Assembly: GCA_963731025.1 (NCBI GenBank)
Contig: CAVSVL010000016.1
Coordinates: forward strand, 60,354 to 124,353
Origin: an uncultured delta proteobacterium
GTDB lineage: Bacteria; Desulfobacterota; Desulfobacteria; Desulfobacterales; UBA11574
Direction: 5' to 3'
Length of the DNA stretch: 64,000 nt
This document shows positions 10,085 to 20,109 of this stretch, piece by piece. The notes beneath the pieces are model-generated. The model was not told the DNA's origin. It worked only from the letters and a program-made list of their open reading frames with translations, and ran no database searches. The position numbers and the translations under genes are program-made. The first letter of the stretch is position 1, and every line of letters begins with the position of its first letter.

Positions 10085-10935
10085 CAGAAAATCCTCCAAT
10101 TAGAATAATATTGCCCTGATTAATTACAGATATATTTGCTATGAATCCAGGGACCGACGTACGTCACATAGATCTTTTTTTCAAAAATTTGAAACGCTCA
10201 GCTTGGGTATCAGTTAAGGGCATTATATATTAATCGATCTTTGAATTGCAAGGAAGGTTATTCGGATGATAGGTAATTCAAAATACAATATATAGTAATT
10301 TATTCTAACAAATTATAATATATGCTAATTTAATTAAATTGTATAATAATTATGCATAATTTGCTTGACATTATAGAACCGTAAACTTATGAATTAGGAC
10401 ACCGAAATTGTTTTATAAAACGCACATATTCGGAATTCGAAAGGATACGGTTGACATCATGGTAAAACAGATTTCTCCGAACAACTTGGCTGAAAACAGA
10501 TCTGAATCAAGATATATTTCGGAAGAAGATCTTATACCATTGATCGAGAAAGAAGCATTGGAAGGATACCTGGATAATATTGTTGAACCATACTATTTAT
10601 TCAAAGGTGCCGTTGTCAGTTTATTTTTCTGTCCTCCTTTCTGGATCATTTTAATCTGTTTAATCGTCTGATTCCGGAACACTTTTTCAAAATTCCGCTT
10701 TTCCGGCGTAAACCGCAGCGCCTGGCCGTCCAACCCCATGTCCGACGTCAGGGAAACAAGGATATCTTTTCCCCGATATCCCCTCCGCTTTCAAAAAAGG
10801 CGATGTGCTGATCTTAAAATATCATATTGAACAGTGATCCAATATTTGAGGATGTACTGCACGAATGTTTATACGATTTCAAAGTCTTCACACATCCTTA
10901 TTTACCTTTCACTGTTCACGATTCACTATGCGGGA

Positions 10936-11202
10936 TTAATATTTGCTTGGCTTGGTCCCTGACAAGACAATATTCCAGTCTTTTCCGAAGTTCCCGGAGT
11001 GATAAATACGATCGTAAGCACCAACGTATACCTGGCTGCCGTCGGCACTGCAGGCCACGTTAAGGATGGGATACTCGGACCCGAGTTGCGTAGCAAAGTT
11101 CGAAGTGTTCTTGTCAATGGCTCCCATTAAAAAAAATAGGGAACCGAAAATCACCATCCCCAAGACAATACCTATCATGGTTTCTTTTGTAATTTTCATC
11201 AT
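10936..11202 (-). CDS. small membrane-anchored hypothetical protein
   Basis: 88 aa, N-terminal TM helix, single BNR-like SGNFGKDW segment. Confidence 0.4.
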   Translation of the reverse strand: MMKITKETMIGIVLGMVIFGSLFFLMGAIDKNTSNFATQLGSEYPILNVACSADGSQVYVGAYDRIYHSGNFGKDWNIVLSGTKPSKY

Positions 11203-11277
11203 ATCTCCTTTTCAATGGTTATGGTCCTTTTGGCGAATACGGGATTTTCTTCATTTTCCTTGAGCAAGCAAGACTCC

Positions 11278-11979
11278 TTATTCCCCAAAATCTATTGATT
11301 CGGGTAATCCGTAGATCCGGGGATGATCCACAAGCAGGTAGAAAGCATTAAGACCACCGGCCAGTGTTTCATCCGCGCCATAAAGATAAGCGCCGTCTTC
11401 GCCCCTTTCATGTAGTTGCCGGACACGCGCTTTGGCACTTATGATCAGCTCGCTCACCGGTCCGAACCGGATCGAATCGGTCGGGCAGACCTGGGCGCAT
11501 GCGGGCTCCAGTCCCTCGCTGATCCGATCATAGCAGAGCGTGCATTTTCGGGCGATTTTCAGAGGAGGGATGAGATGAATCACTCCAAAAGGGCACGCAT
11601 CCACACACAGTTTCATCCCCTGGCACACGTCCGGCTGAATCACCACCGTATCGAATTCTGTGCGAACAATAGCACCTGTCGGACAAGCCTTTAGGCATGC
11701 AGCACGCACGCAATGTTTGCATACGTCACTCATCATGAGCCACCGGTTTTGGCGGCGGTCTTCACTGAATTGTTCGATGAATTTTACTTGGCGCCAGTGG
11801 GCGTTGTCCATCCGCCGGGTATTATCATAGCTGTCACCCGTCATTTCAGTGGTTCCATTGCCGCCCCCGCGAAGCCTGTTCCACTGTTTGCAGGCCACTT
11901 CGCAAGCCTTGCAGCCGATACAAACCGTCGTGTCTGTATAAAACCCCATGCGTTGTCGTGTCCGGCTTTGCGTCATCAT
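11278..11979 (-). CDS. fdhB: formate dehydrogenase iron-sulfur (beta) subunit
   Basis: Several CxxCxxCxxxCP 4Fe-4S motifs (CIGCKACEVAC...). Its ATG overlaps the fdhA stop (ATGA) and follows GGAGAAG. Confidence 0.8.
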   Translation of the reverse strand: MMTQSRTRQRMGFYTDTTVCIGCKACEVACKQWNRLRGGGNGTTEMTGDSYDNTRRMDNAHWRQVKFIEQFSEDRRQNRWLMMSDVCKHCVRAACLKACPTGAIVRTEFDTVVIQPDVCQGMKLCVDACPFGVIHLIPPLKIARKCTLCYDRISEGLEPACAQVCPTDSIRFGPVSELIISAKARVRQLHERGEDGAYLYGADETLAGGLNAFYLLVDHPRIYGLPESIDFGE

Positions 11980-14900
11980 ATCTTCTCCACATTGCACAGA
12001 AAGGCTTTGGCTTCGTGAATACTCACGTTGGGGTCGCCGACCATCGGCGTGAGTTCATTGACCACATCTCCCGTCACGAGTCCCTGCCAGCCCCAGTGCC
12101 AGGGCATACCCACCTGGTGTAACACTCTACCTCCGATCCTGAGAGGCCGCAAGCGGTATGTCACGAGCGCCCTGGCCCGGATCCGGCCCCTTGCCGTAAT
12201 GATTGCGACCCAGTCCTTACTCTGTATCTCCTTTTCCTTGGCGAGCTCGGGGCTCAGCTCTATAAACAGTTCGGGCATGAGCTCCGTGAGCCACGAATTC
12301 CATCGGCTCATGGCACCTGCGAGGTAATGCTCCGTGAGCCGATACGTCGTGATCACGTAAGGATAGCGATCGTCAAAGACAGCGGCGAGCAGGTTATCTT
12401 TTCGGTCCCAATACTTTAAAACAGGATTTGTCTGCTGCCCGTAGAAAGGGTTCTTTATTGGCGACTCCGCCGGCTCGTAGTGGGTCGGCAAAGGGCCGTC
12501 AACAAGACCGGCCGGAACAAAAAGCCATCCCACTCCGTCCGGCTTCATGATGAACGGGGCGCTGCCCGAATGGGCATCCATTCCCCTCCCCTCCGGATCT
12601 CCGGAAACTTCGGGTGGTTTGTCAACAGGAAAATCCGGAACGTCCATTCCTCTCCATTTTCCGTTTTCCCACCATACCCATTTCTTGCGTTCGCTCCAGG
12701 GGAGCCCTTTTGGATCCGCCGAAGCGCGGTTGTACAGAACCCTGCGGTTCGCCGGCCACGCCCATCCCCAGTTCAAGTGAGCGCCCATCATCCCGGGTGG
12801 ATCCGGTTCCCTTCGCTTGGCGAAATTCTTTTTCGGGGCTGGAAAGACGCCGCAGTAGATCCATGATGCGCAAGTTGTCGAGCCGTCGTCCTTCAATTCG
12901 CCGCTTCCCGTGAGGTGATGTTCCGGATTACCGGTATGATAGCCGTTGATTTCTTTGAGAATCTTCTCGGCATCCGGCTCTCCATCCACTTCAGGCGGTT
13001 CAATGGGCTCATAGCTCCAAACCAGGTTCCGGATCCCCTGGTCTTGAGGCCGGTTGCTGTCTTTGTACATTCTTTTCAGCCGCAGCCCGAGTTGATAGGT
13101 AAACCAAATATCCGAGCGGCATCGACCCGGCGGAGTCAGGGCCCTGGAATGCCACTGGAGCATGCGTTGGGTATTGGTGAAACTCCCCTCACACTCCGCC
13201 ACTTGCGACGTCGGAAAGAAAAACACCTCCGTCCGGATTTCCTCGGGTTTGATCTTACCTTTCATCACCTCCGGCGACTTGTTCCAGAAAGTCGCGGTCT
13301 CCGTGATGAAGTTGTCTTTGACCACCAGCCATTCAAGATTCTGCAGGCCTCTGCGCTGCAGGCTGGCGTTGATGGACGTCGCCGGATTCTGACCGATACA
13401 AAGCACTCCCTTCACTAGCCCTTCTCTCATGGCCACAAACATCGGCATGTGCGAGTGGTCACCGATGATCTTCGGATGCCAGTCATAGCCGAAGTCGTTC
13501 TCGGGCACAGCCATGTCTCCGTACATGGATTTAAAATAAGATACCAGAAACTTGGGCATGTTAACCCAATAACCCGTAACAGCCGTTTCCGAAGCCAGAT
13601 AGTCGTGCAGCGAGCCATGGTTCTTGAGGGCGGAGGGAGCCGGCATATATCCATGAATGCTGTGATACAGGGTTGGAATGTCGGTGGACCCCTGGATGGA
13701 AGCATGTCCCCGGAGCGCCAGCACACCGCCACCGGGACGTCCGATGTTGCCGAGAAGAAGCTGCAGCAACGCACAGCAGCCGATGATCTGCGGGCCGTAT
13801 GTGTGATGTGTCCATCCCACTGCGTAAGCCCAGGCCGTGGTCCGATCACGGCCCGAATTATCGAGAATACTGCGGGCTACCTCAAGAAAGGTCTCTCGGG
13901 GACATCCCGTGACCGTTTCTACCATCTCGGGAGTATAGCGGCGAAAGTGGCGTTTCACCACCTGGAAAACCGTACGCGGGTGTTGCAGTGTTTCATCCCG
14001 ATCAGCCGAAGCGTTACCTGTATTTTCACCGGTATCGTTGGGTGCGTATTGCCACGTGGACGTTTCATACTGGCAGGTGCTTCCGTTAAAAGGCCATTCA
14101 GTCTTTGCATCGGCGTGCTCCATCAAACCCGAGAAAAGGCCGTCCAGATCTTCGGTGTCTTTGAAGTCTTCCCGCAAAAGTGTCGCGGCATTTGTATAGT
14201 TTACCAGATACTCGCGAAAAAAAGGGTCCTTGTTCCAACGCTCATCATGGATCACAAAATGGATGAGCCCGCCCAAAAACGCAATGTCCGAACCGGAACG
14301 AAGGGGGGCGTAAATATCTGCCATTGCGCTCGTTCGGGTGAATCGAGGGTCTACATGGATGATCTTTGCGCCTTTCAGCTTGGCCTTCATGGGCCAGCGG
14401 AAGGCAACGGGATGACATTCGGCCATGTTGGAACCCTGGATAACGATGCAGTCCGAATACTCCAGGTTGCGGGGATAAAGGGTTGCGGCACCGCGCCCGA
14501 GACGCGTTCCCAGACCGGGAACACTGGAGCTGTGTCATATGCGGGCCTGGTTCTCAATGGCCACCACTCCCAGGCCTCGCATCAGTTTCTGTTGAAGGTG
14601 GTTCCATTCATTGTCCAGGGTCGCACCCCCGAGCGCAAAAATACCCAGCGTGTGGTTGACCGGAGAACCGTCCGAAAGACGCTCGACAAACGTCTCCTCA
14701 CGGGTCTTTGAAACCAGTTCGGCAACACGATCCATTGCCCATCCCAGCTCGACTTCCTTCCATTCCCGCGCTCCCGGACTCCTGTGAAGCACCCGGGTCT
14801 CACGGTTCGAATTGACATGAAGTTGGTAGATCGCCGCACCTTTCGGGCACAAAGCCCCCTCATTGTGAGGACTTTTCGGGTCTCCCTCGATGTTCACAAT

Positions 14901-15011
14901 CCTTCCGTTTTTGGTGTGGATGATGATGGCGCATCCCACCGAGCAGTAAGGGCATATGCTGGGCGTCACCGTCGCGCCTTTGGTGTGTATCTCTCCGATT
15001 TTCAAAACCAT
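11976..15011 (-). CDS. fdhA: formate dehydrogenase alpha subunit, selenocysteine-containing (TGA at 14537-14535 decoded as Sec)
   Basis: Track ORFs 14535-15038 and 11976-14426 are in the same frame. Read-through gives ENQARI-U-HSSSVPGLG, the canonical FDH Sec motif. N-terminal CPYCSVGC cluster. ATG at 15011 after GGGAGG. Confidence 0.9.
14506..14522 (-). promoter_or_regulatory. SECIS-like hairpin for fdhA
   Basis: On the mRNA, 12 nt after UGA: GUUCCC-GGUCU-GGGAAC (6-bp stem, GGUC-containing loop). Confidence 0.7.
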
Positions 15012-15420
15012 GCGATCAAGCCTCCCTTCCCGGGGCACCCCCTGGTCGGATATTGCTGAATTTAGAAACCGCTGAGGAGTCTCAGCCTTTTTTTTCCGTT
15101 CTTTTTGACCCTTTTTTATTCTTATTGATAAGATTTCGCTTTTTTAGAGCAGGCAAATTGATAAGAACCCGCTTTTTAGAGCGGGTATATTGAAAAATAA
15201 TGATTGTATATGTAACCCATAAAGAATACCCATTGTTTTAGGCGGTATTAAAACTACCATGCCAAAGACGAACATGGTTTGTCAATCGCATTTTTCATCA
15301 AACCCTGCCGAACAAGGGCGGTCAACGTTTTGGCAGTGTTTACCATAGTGAAAACCCATGCAGGTGGCCCTCTTGACTTTAACAGCGCCCCACCCCGGAT
15401 ATTTCATGTAAATATCCGGG

Positions 15421-16230
15421 CTAAATTTCTTTTTTGTTAAAAACGATCAGCATTAGCGTTGTTATCAGAATGATATAAAACAAGACATTCAGAATCGGGT
15501 TAAGGGGCCCCATGTTGTTAAAACTGCTTTGACCGATGATCGAATCGGCGTAGGCCTGCACCATGTAAACTTTCGGATATAGAATTCTCCACAAGGCAGG
15601 GGGCGAAGCTGCAGCCGAAGGAATCGCCGTCTTTAAAATTTGGCTGCTTAAGATCTGATAACCACCGTCGGAAATATAGCCGACGAATAAAATCCCCACA
15701 GTAAAAACCGCGCTGATGAAATCCGGAAGGTAAAGAGACAAAAAACATACCGAAACCGCAATAAAGAGAAGATTGATCGAACATACCAGCGATGCGGTTA
15801 TATACCCGGGAATGGCGACGCCGGTTTTTACCCACACCGTCAGAAAAATCGTAGCGTGCAGAATAAACATGAAAACCAGGCACAAAAACCAGGTGCCGAC
15901 GATCCTGCCGAGAATGTATTGTTGCCTGAAAACCGGCCTGGAAAGAAACAATACCAGGCTTCCGTCTTCATGGTCCCTGCTGAATATTTTCATCGACAGC
16001 AGGATGACGATCAGGAACATACCGGAGGCGATGACCTGGAAAACAATTTTTGAAACATGCCACGCAATCGTAATGTTGTCCAACGGTTCCCCGTTGACGA
16101 CATATTGACCGCTGTAACATCCACGAATCATCAGAACGAAGAGAATAGAAAATCCCAGCAAAACATAAAAGCTTTTGTGCCGCATCTGGTCGCGAATGGT
16201 GTAGCCGGTAATTTTTAAAAAGCGATTCAT
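15421..16230 (-). CDS. ABC-2 type transporter permease
   Basis: About 6 TM helices. Start MNRFLKITGY; the ATG at 16230 overlaps the ATPase stop (ATGA). Confidence 0.7.
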   Translation of the reverse strand: MNRFLKITGYTIRDQMRHKSFYVLLGFSILFVLMIRGCYSGQYVVNGEPLDNITIAWHVSKIVFQVIASGMFLIVILLSMKIFSRDHEDGSLVLFLSRPVFRQQYILGRIVGTWFLCLVFMFILHATIFLTVWVKTGVAIPGYITASLVCSINLLFIAVSVCFLSLYLPDFISAVFTVGILFVGYISDGGYQILSSQILKTAIPSAAASPPALWRILYPKVYMVQAYADSIIGQSSFNNMGPLNPILNVLFYIILITTLMLIVFNKKEI

Positions 16231-16937
16231 TTTACCTTTACCGTATATTTTATAAACACATCTTCCAGCGTCTCGTCGTCCTTTATTATTGAACGAATCG
16301 AATCCTTGACAAGGATTTTTCCGTTGTTCATTATTGCCAGCGTCCGGCATGTCTTTTCCACTTCCGAAAGGAAATGAGAATTCAAGAACACGGTAACCCC
16401 GTGGTCGCGCAGGTTCTCAAGAATATTTCTCACATCCCGGATGCCGATGGGATCGAGACCTGTCACCGGTTCATCGAGTATCAACAATTTGGGCTGTCCG
16501 AGAAGCGCTGCTGCGAGGCCGATGCGCTGTTTCATGCCCTTGGAATAAGCGGCTGTTTTTTCCTTTTCCCTGCCCTTCATGGAAACCATTTCCAAAATCC
16601 GGTCCACTTCCATTCGAGCATCTTTTCCGGCGGATCCGATCAAAGACGCGTGCCGCCACAAATATTCACGCCCTGAAAGATAAGAGGGGATCACGTGATT
16701 TTCGGCGAGATAACCAACCTGTTTGCGTGCTTCCGGGTTGGAAACGGGTATTCCGTCGATGGTGATGCTGCCCGAAGTCTGTTTGATAAAGCCTAAAAGC
16801 ATACGGACGACCGTTGTTTTGCCGGCGCCGTTCGGACCGAGCAATGCGAAATATTCGCCCTTCCCGATGCGATACGTTATGTTGTCGACCGCCGTAATTG
16901 TACCGAATTTTTTGGTTACGGAATTAAGTGCTATCAT
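16227..16937 (-). CDS. ABC transporter ATP-binding protein
   Basis: Walker A GPNGAGKTT, signature YSKGMKQR, Walker B LLILDEP. Start trimmed to MIALNSV (16937) because the upstream ORF extension runs through a repeat element. Confidence 0.85.
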   Translation of the reverse strand: MIALNSVTKKFGTITAVDNITYRIGKGEYFALLGPNGAGKTTVVRMLLGFIKQTSGSITIDGIPVSNPEARKQVGYLAENHVIPSYLSGREYLWRHASLIGSAGKDARMEVDRILEMVSMKGREKEKTAAYSKGMKQRIGLAAALLGQPKLLILDEPVTGLDPIGIRDVRNILENLRDHGVTVFLNSHFLSEVEKTCRTLAIMNNGKILVKDSIRSIIKDDETLEDVFIKYTVKVK

Positions 16938-16975
16938 ATCAAGGGAAATAGACCTGAATATTAAGTACGTTATAT

Positions 16976-17151
16976 GAAGCCATCTCAAAATAATCTTTCT
17001 TGTCAGGGCATAGCTCGCAGAGCGACGCCTGATGCCCAACCCGCCGGTCGAAGATGCCGCTTGCGGTGAGGCGGACAAGCCTCGGCGTTGGTGCCTCGTT
17101 TTAAGTCCTCGACATACTTGAGTATGCGTGTCGAAGATCCCATCACAGCCC
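16976..17151 (-). repeat. partial copy of the MITE seen at 44164-44374 (one terminal repeat retained)
   Basis: GAAGCCATCTCAAAATAATC end. Internal CCTCGTTTTAAGTCCTCGACATACTTGAGTATGCGTGTCGAAGATCCC matches the reverse complement of 44241-44290. Confidence 0.6.
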
Positions 17152-17232
17152 GGGATCGTCTTGTAAAAAATAACCTCCTGATAGCATAAAGACACGCAAA
17201 TTCAAACCCTATTACGCCAAAAGGGGATTATT
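17152..17232 (+). repeat. solo copy of the IS110 5'-flank hairpin
   Basis: CTTGTAAAAAATAACCTCCTGATAGCATAAAGACACGCAAATTCAAACCCTATTACGCCAAAAGGGGATTATT is about 90% identical to 45499-45574. No transposase follows. Confidence 0.65.
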
Positions 17233-17432
17233 AGGCAAATAATGATAAAACTTATTCACTTCATAGGGTCGTTGAGTTTTTCTAAACACCCGCTCCATGG
17301 ATAATTTTTTTTTAAACCGCATGAACTCGCGGCAAGGGATCATAAAGAAAAAACAGGAAACTATCTTTTAAATATCAAAAAACAGAATAATCATTGATAA
17401 AAGGTTAAGGCCACTCTATACTGCATATTGAA

Positions 17433-17580
17433 TAGAAGTGGTTTCAAAACTTTCAATCAGGTTCAAAGTCAAGGCGGACCGAGAGATTCAACCGCAGGAA
17501 TATATTTAATATTTCGAGTATCGAATCCCTCGGTCCAACACAGGAATTGGGCATGAGGGGAGGTTTTGAAACCACTTCTA
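17433..17580. repeat. 148-nt element with nested inverted repeats (MITE or structured RNA)
   Basis: Perfect 18-bp terminal IR TAGAAGTGGTTTCAAAAC / GTTTTGAAACCACTTCTA. Inner IR GGACCGAGAGATTC / GAATCCCTCGGTCC. Confidence 0.6.
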
Positions 17581-17607
17581 GGCAATAATCAATGAAGGGC
17601 GGTGAAA

Positions 17608-18204
17608 ATGAAATCTTTTCAAGCGAAGGATATCCAAAAGCTGGTTGATATTAATAAACACAGGTATGACTATCTTGCTTCTAAGATAGGAATAAAACCG
17701 GAAATCAATGAGGTTGAAAAAACCGGCCGCCATCACCTGTATTCTTTTAAAAACCTACTGGAATTTGCGTTTGTGCACAAAGCAAACAACTTGGGGATAA
17801 CTCGAAAAGCCGCTAAGGAAATGCTGGAATTCTTATCTGATAACATCGAACTTAAGGAAGCAGGGCTTTTCGATCAGGAAAAAAGAACCAAGGCCTTATT
17901 GCATTATGCAGATAGCAATGATGGTAAATTGTTCAAACTGTTCGGCCCGTCAATATCTGCACAGGAAAAAAAAGGCTTTTTCCTTGGAGAAAGGTTTGAC
18001 ACGATCAATAAATTTCTTAAAAAATCAGAAAACAAAGAAAATGAAATAAGTATTCCGAAGGTTAAAAGAGCAATGAAAAATTTGACATCACTATCAACAT
18101 TCGCGGATTTAGCCGACTTTGACGGCTATATTACGATTAATCTTGGCGCCATTAAGGATCGCGTTTTAAAGCAATTAAAACAAATCGATTGGCCTGCTTC
18201 CTAA
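17608..18204 (+). CDS. hypothetical protein, possible MerR/excisionase-like N-terminal HTH
   Basis: About 198 aa, lysine-rich. N-terminal KDIQKLVDINKHRYDYLASKIGI; weak family assignment. Confidence 0.45.
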   Translation: MKSFQAKDIQKLVDINKHRYDYLASKIGIKPEINEVEKTGRHHLYSFKNLLEFAFVHKANNLGITRKAAKEMLEFLSDNIELKEAGLFDQEKRTKALLHYADSNDGKLFKLFGPSISAQEKKGFFLGERFDTINKFLKKSENKENEISIPKVKRAMKNLTSLSTFADLADFDGYITINLGAIKDRVLKQLKQIDWPAS

Positions 18205-18543
18205 CGGCAGTCCATTTTTTTCATTTTGAGACCCTCAAGGCAAAATATAAACGGCAACTCAGGCTGCATGTATCCATAATACGCCTTGCATTTCTTTCGA
18301 TTGCGGCATTGCCGGCAAACATCAATATGCTTTCATTGTTTTCCTTTTTTCGGACAAAATATGTATGTTTCGTTCTTTCTGCCCTTCATTTTTGGCCTAT
18401 TGTTATAAATCCCCTAAGTATTTGGACCACCAGGGCCATCTTTAAGCCTTCCAAGCTCAAGCGCGATAGTTAAATTGTATGCCTGTTCCCCACACCCGAG
18501 TGGCCCGATCCCGGCTCCAGATACAGCTTGCCGGAAATCCGCG

Positions 18544-18735
18544 TTATAGCAATCCTTTATACTTTAACTTTAAAGCGATTTCTTCCAATGTTTCTTCCAC
18601 ATCCGTAAATGAACTGTGAGGCGGCTGCCAATGATATAGCCTTGAACCAGACTGCTCACCTTTTACGATAGTGGTTACCAAATCGAGATTGACCACAAGC
18701 TCTTCTTTCTCAATTCCTGTCAGTTTGATAAACAT
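18544..18735 (-). CDS. small hypothetical protein
   Basis: 63 aa with a strong RBS GGAGAGGAGGG before the ATG. Confidence 0.55.
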   Translation of the reverse strand: MFIKLTGIEKEELVVNLDLVTTIVKGEQSGSRLYHWQPPHSSFTDVEETLEEIALKLKYKGLL

Positions 18736-18773
18736 TAACCCTCCTCTCCTACGAAAAAATCGCTCAATTTAGG

Positions 18774-19262
18774 TTATATTTGGCTAATTTCCTGCATCGC
18801 CGCTTTTTCAAATTCGATCGCCTTTTCCGATCGTGGGGTGGATCGCGGACCGGATTCTATGCTTTGGGCTGGAGATGTATCTCTTTTTATCCCGGTAACA
18901 TCGATTTTAAGAGCGAGCATTGCAGCATTGCATTCCAGAGGCTCCTTAGCAATTTTTCCCCGCCCCAAAATACCGAATCCAATATCTCCTTCGTACAGAA
19001 CTTCAAGGATAAGACGCCCATCCCTTTTAATATTAGCAACCGTCTGAGAATTTTTCACCATACCGGCGATAATGGTCTTATTATCTTTGCTGTAAAATAA
19101 TGACATCGGAGCTGTATTCGGTGAGCCATCCTCATTGACAGTTCCAACAATCGATATCACCCGATTCGGATTGTCGTTAAAGAGTCTGCCGAGGTCAATA
19201 ATGGTCTCCTCCCCTTTATATGAGATCTTAATCACCAGATTATCGGAAACAAGTTTTGCCAT
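18774..19262 (-). CDS. pyridoxamine 5'-phosphate oxidase-like FMN-binding family protein
   Basis: 162 aa, NTAPMSLFYSKDNKTIIAG...RDGRLILEV pattern, GGAGG RBS. Confidence 0.5.
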   Translation of the reverse strand: MAKLVSDNLVIKISYKGEETIIDLGRLFNDNPNRVISIVGTVNEDGSPNTAPMSLFYSKDNKTIIAGMVKNSQTVANIKRDGRLILEVLYEGDIGFGILGRGKIAKEPLECNAAMLALKIDVTGIKRDTSPAQSIESGPRSTPRSEKAIEFEKAAMQEISQI

Positions 19263-19410
19263 GAAATTCCTCCTTGCCTTAAGGTTTATCCAGCTTAACA
19301 GTTAGTGTCCATTCATGAATTCAAAATGAGCACTAGTTAATATTGAGCGTTAAACACTTTCCGAACGAACCTCCACTATTGCGATGTTAAGAACGTCCTC
19401 AAAGTCCCAC

Positions 19411-20109
19411 TCAGGCTGCTGTCGGGCCGTCGACTGGCGGTAGCATAATACGGGCGTCTGCCACAATGCATTTTTGCGCAGAACACATCACCGGGTTGAG
19501 ATCGATGGATTCGATCATGTCGGCGGCGGCCATGACGAATTTTGAAAAACAGACCAGGGTCCGGGTCAGCTCGTCGCGATTGACAGCCTGGTGACCCCGG
19601 TACCCGGAAAGTAAGGGAGCGGCCTTAAGACCCTCGATCATGGCATCCACATCCCTGGTTCCCACAGGGGCCAAACGCAAACTGACGTCCTGGTAGATTT
19701 CCACGCCGGTCCCGCCCATGCCCAATAGAACTACGGGCCCGAATTGATCATCTATTTTAGCACCGATAATCAACTCCAGGCCGGAAACCATTTGTTCGAT
19801 CAACATGGCCTCGAAGCCGTCCAATAGGCTGAAGGTTTCAAATACGGCCGTCAGTTCCCGGATGCTCTTGATGCCTGTGCGCACACCGCCGACATCCGAC
19901 TTGTGGACAATGCGACTGGAAACGACCTTGGCAGCCAGGGGAAACCCCAGGTCGGCAACAATCGGTTCGATCTGGTCGGGGTTCGTGACAGTTACAAAAC
20001 GCGGCACCTCCAGCCCTGCCGCGGACAGCAATCGTTTGGCGTCCGGTTCGCTCACCCAGCCGCGGGTGCGGGCTTTTTCCAATACGGTCTTGATTTCGGT
20101 TTTCAGCAT
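19411..20109 (-). CDS. ADP-forming acetyl-CoA synthetase, ATP-grasp (beta) subunit
   Basis: LLSAAGLEVPRF...GFPLAAKVVS..IVHKSDVGGV...GPVVLLGMGG...IESIDLNP. Confidence 0.8.
   Translation of the reverse strand: MLKTEIKTVLEKARTRGWVSEPDAKRLLSAAGLEVPRFVTVTNPDQIEPIVADLGFPLAAKVVSSRIVHKSDVGGVRTGIKSIRELTAVFETFSLLDGFEAMLIEQMVSGLELIIGAKIDDQFGPVVLLGMGGTGVEIYQDVSLRLAPVGTRDVDAMIEGLKAAPLLSGYRGHQAVNRDELTRTLVCFSKFVMAAADMIESIDLNPVMCSAQKCIVADARIMLPPVDGPTAA

Noticed and set aside
10408-10671. 87-aa plus-strand ORF in the AT-rich region after the histidine kinase.
   Set aside because: TTG start, no SD before the internal ATG, and no recognisable motif. The surrounding region looks like degraded intergenic or repeat sequence.
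12028-14711. Many long plus-strand ORFs (up to 420 aa), and other-frame minus ORFs, across 12.0-15.1 kb.
   Set aside because: They lie antisense or out of frame inside the fdhA coding region, which is strongly supported. They have Arg/Pro/Gly-rich low-complexity translations, typical of shadow ORFs in a GC-richer gene.
15071-15097. Canonical intrinsic-terminator shape (GCTGAG-GAGT-CTCAGC followed by T9) on the plus strand.
   Set aside because: There is no credible plus-strand gene or RNA upstream. It lies in the fdhA 5' leader on the opposite strand, where it is preceded rather than followed by the A/U run. I kept it as an oddity only; it may stop antisense transcription.
16938-17195. 86-codon N-terminal extension of the ABC ATPase ORF.
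   Set aside because: The extension is translated MITE and IS-hairpin repeat sequence. A canonical start (MIALNSV) lies directly before the Walker A region.
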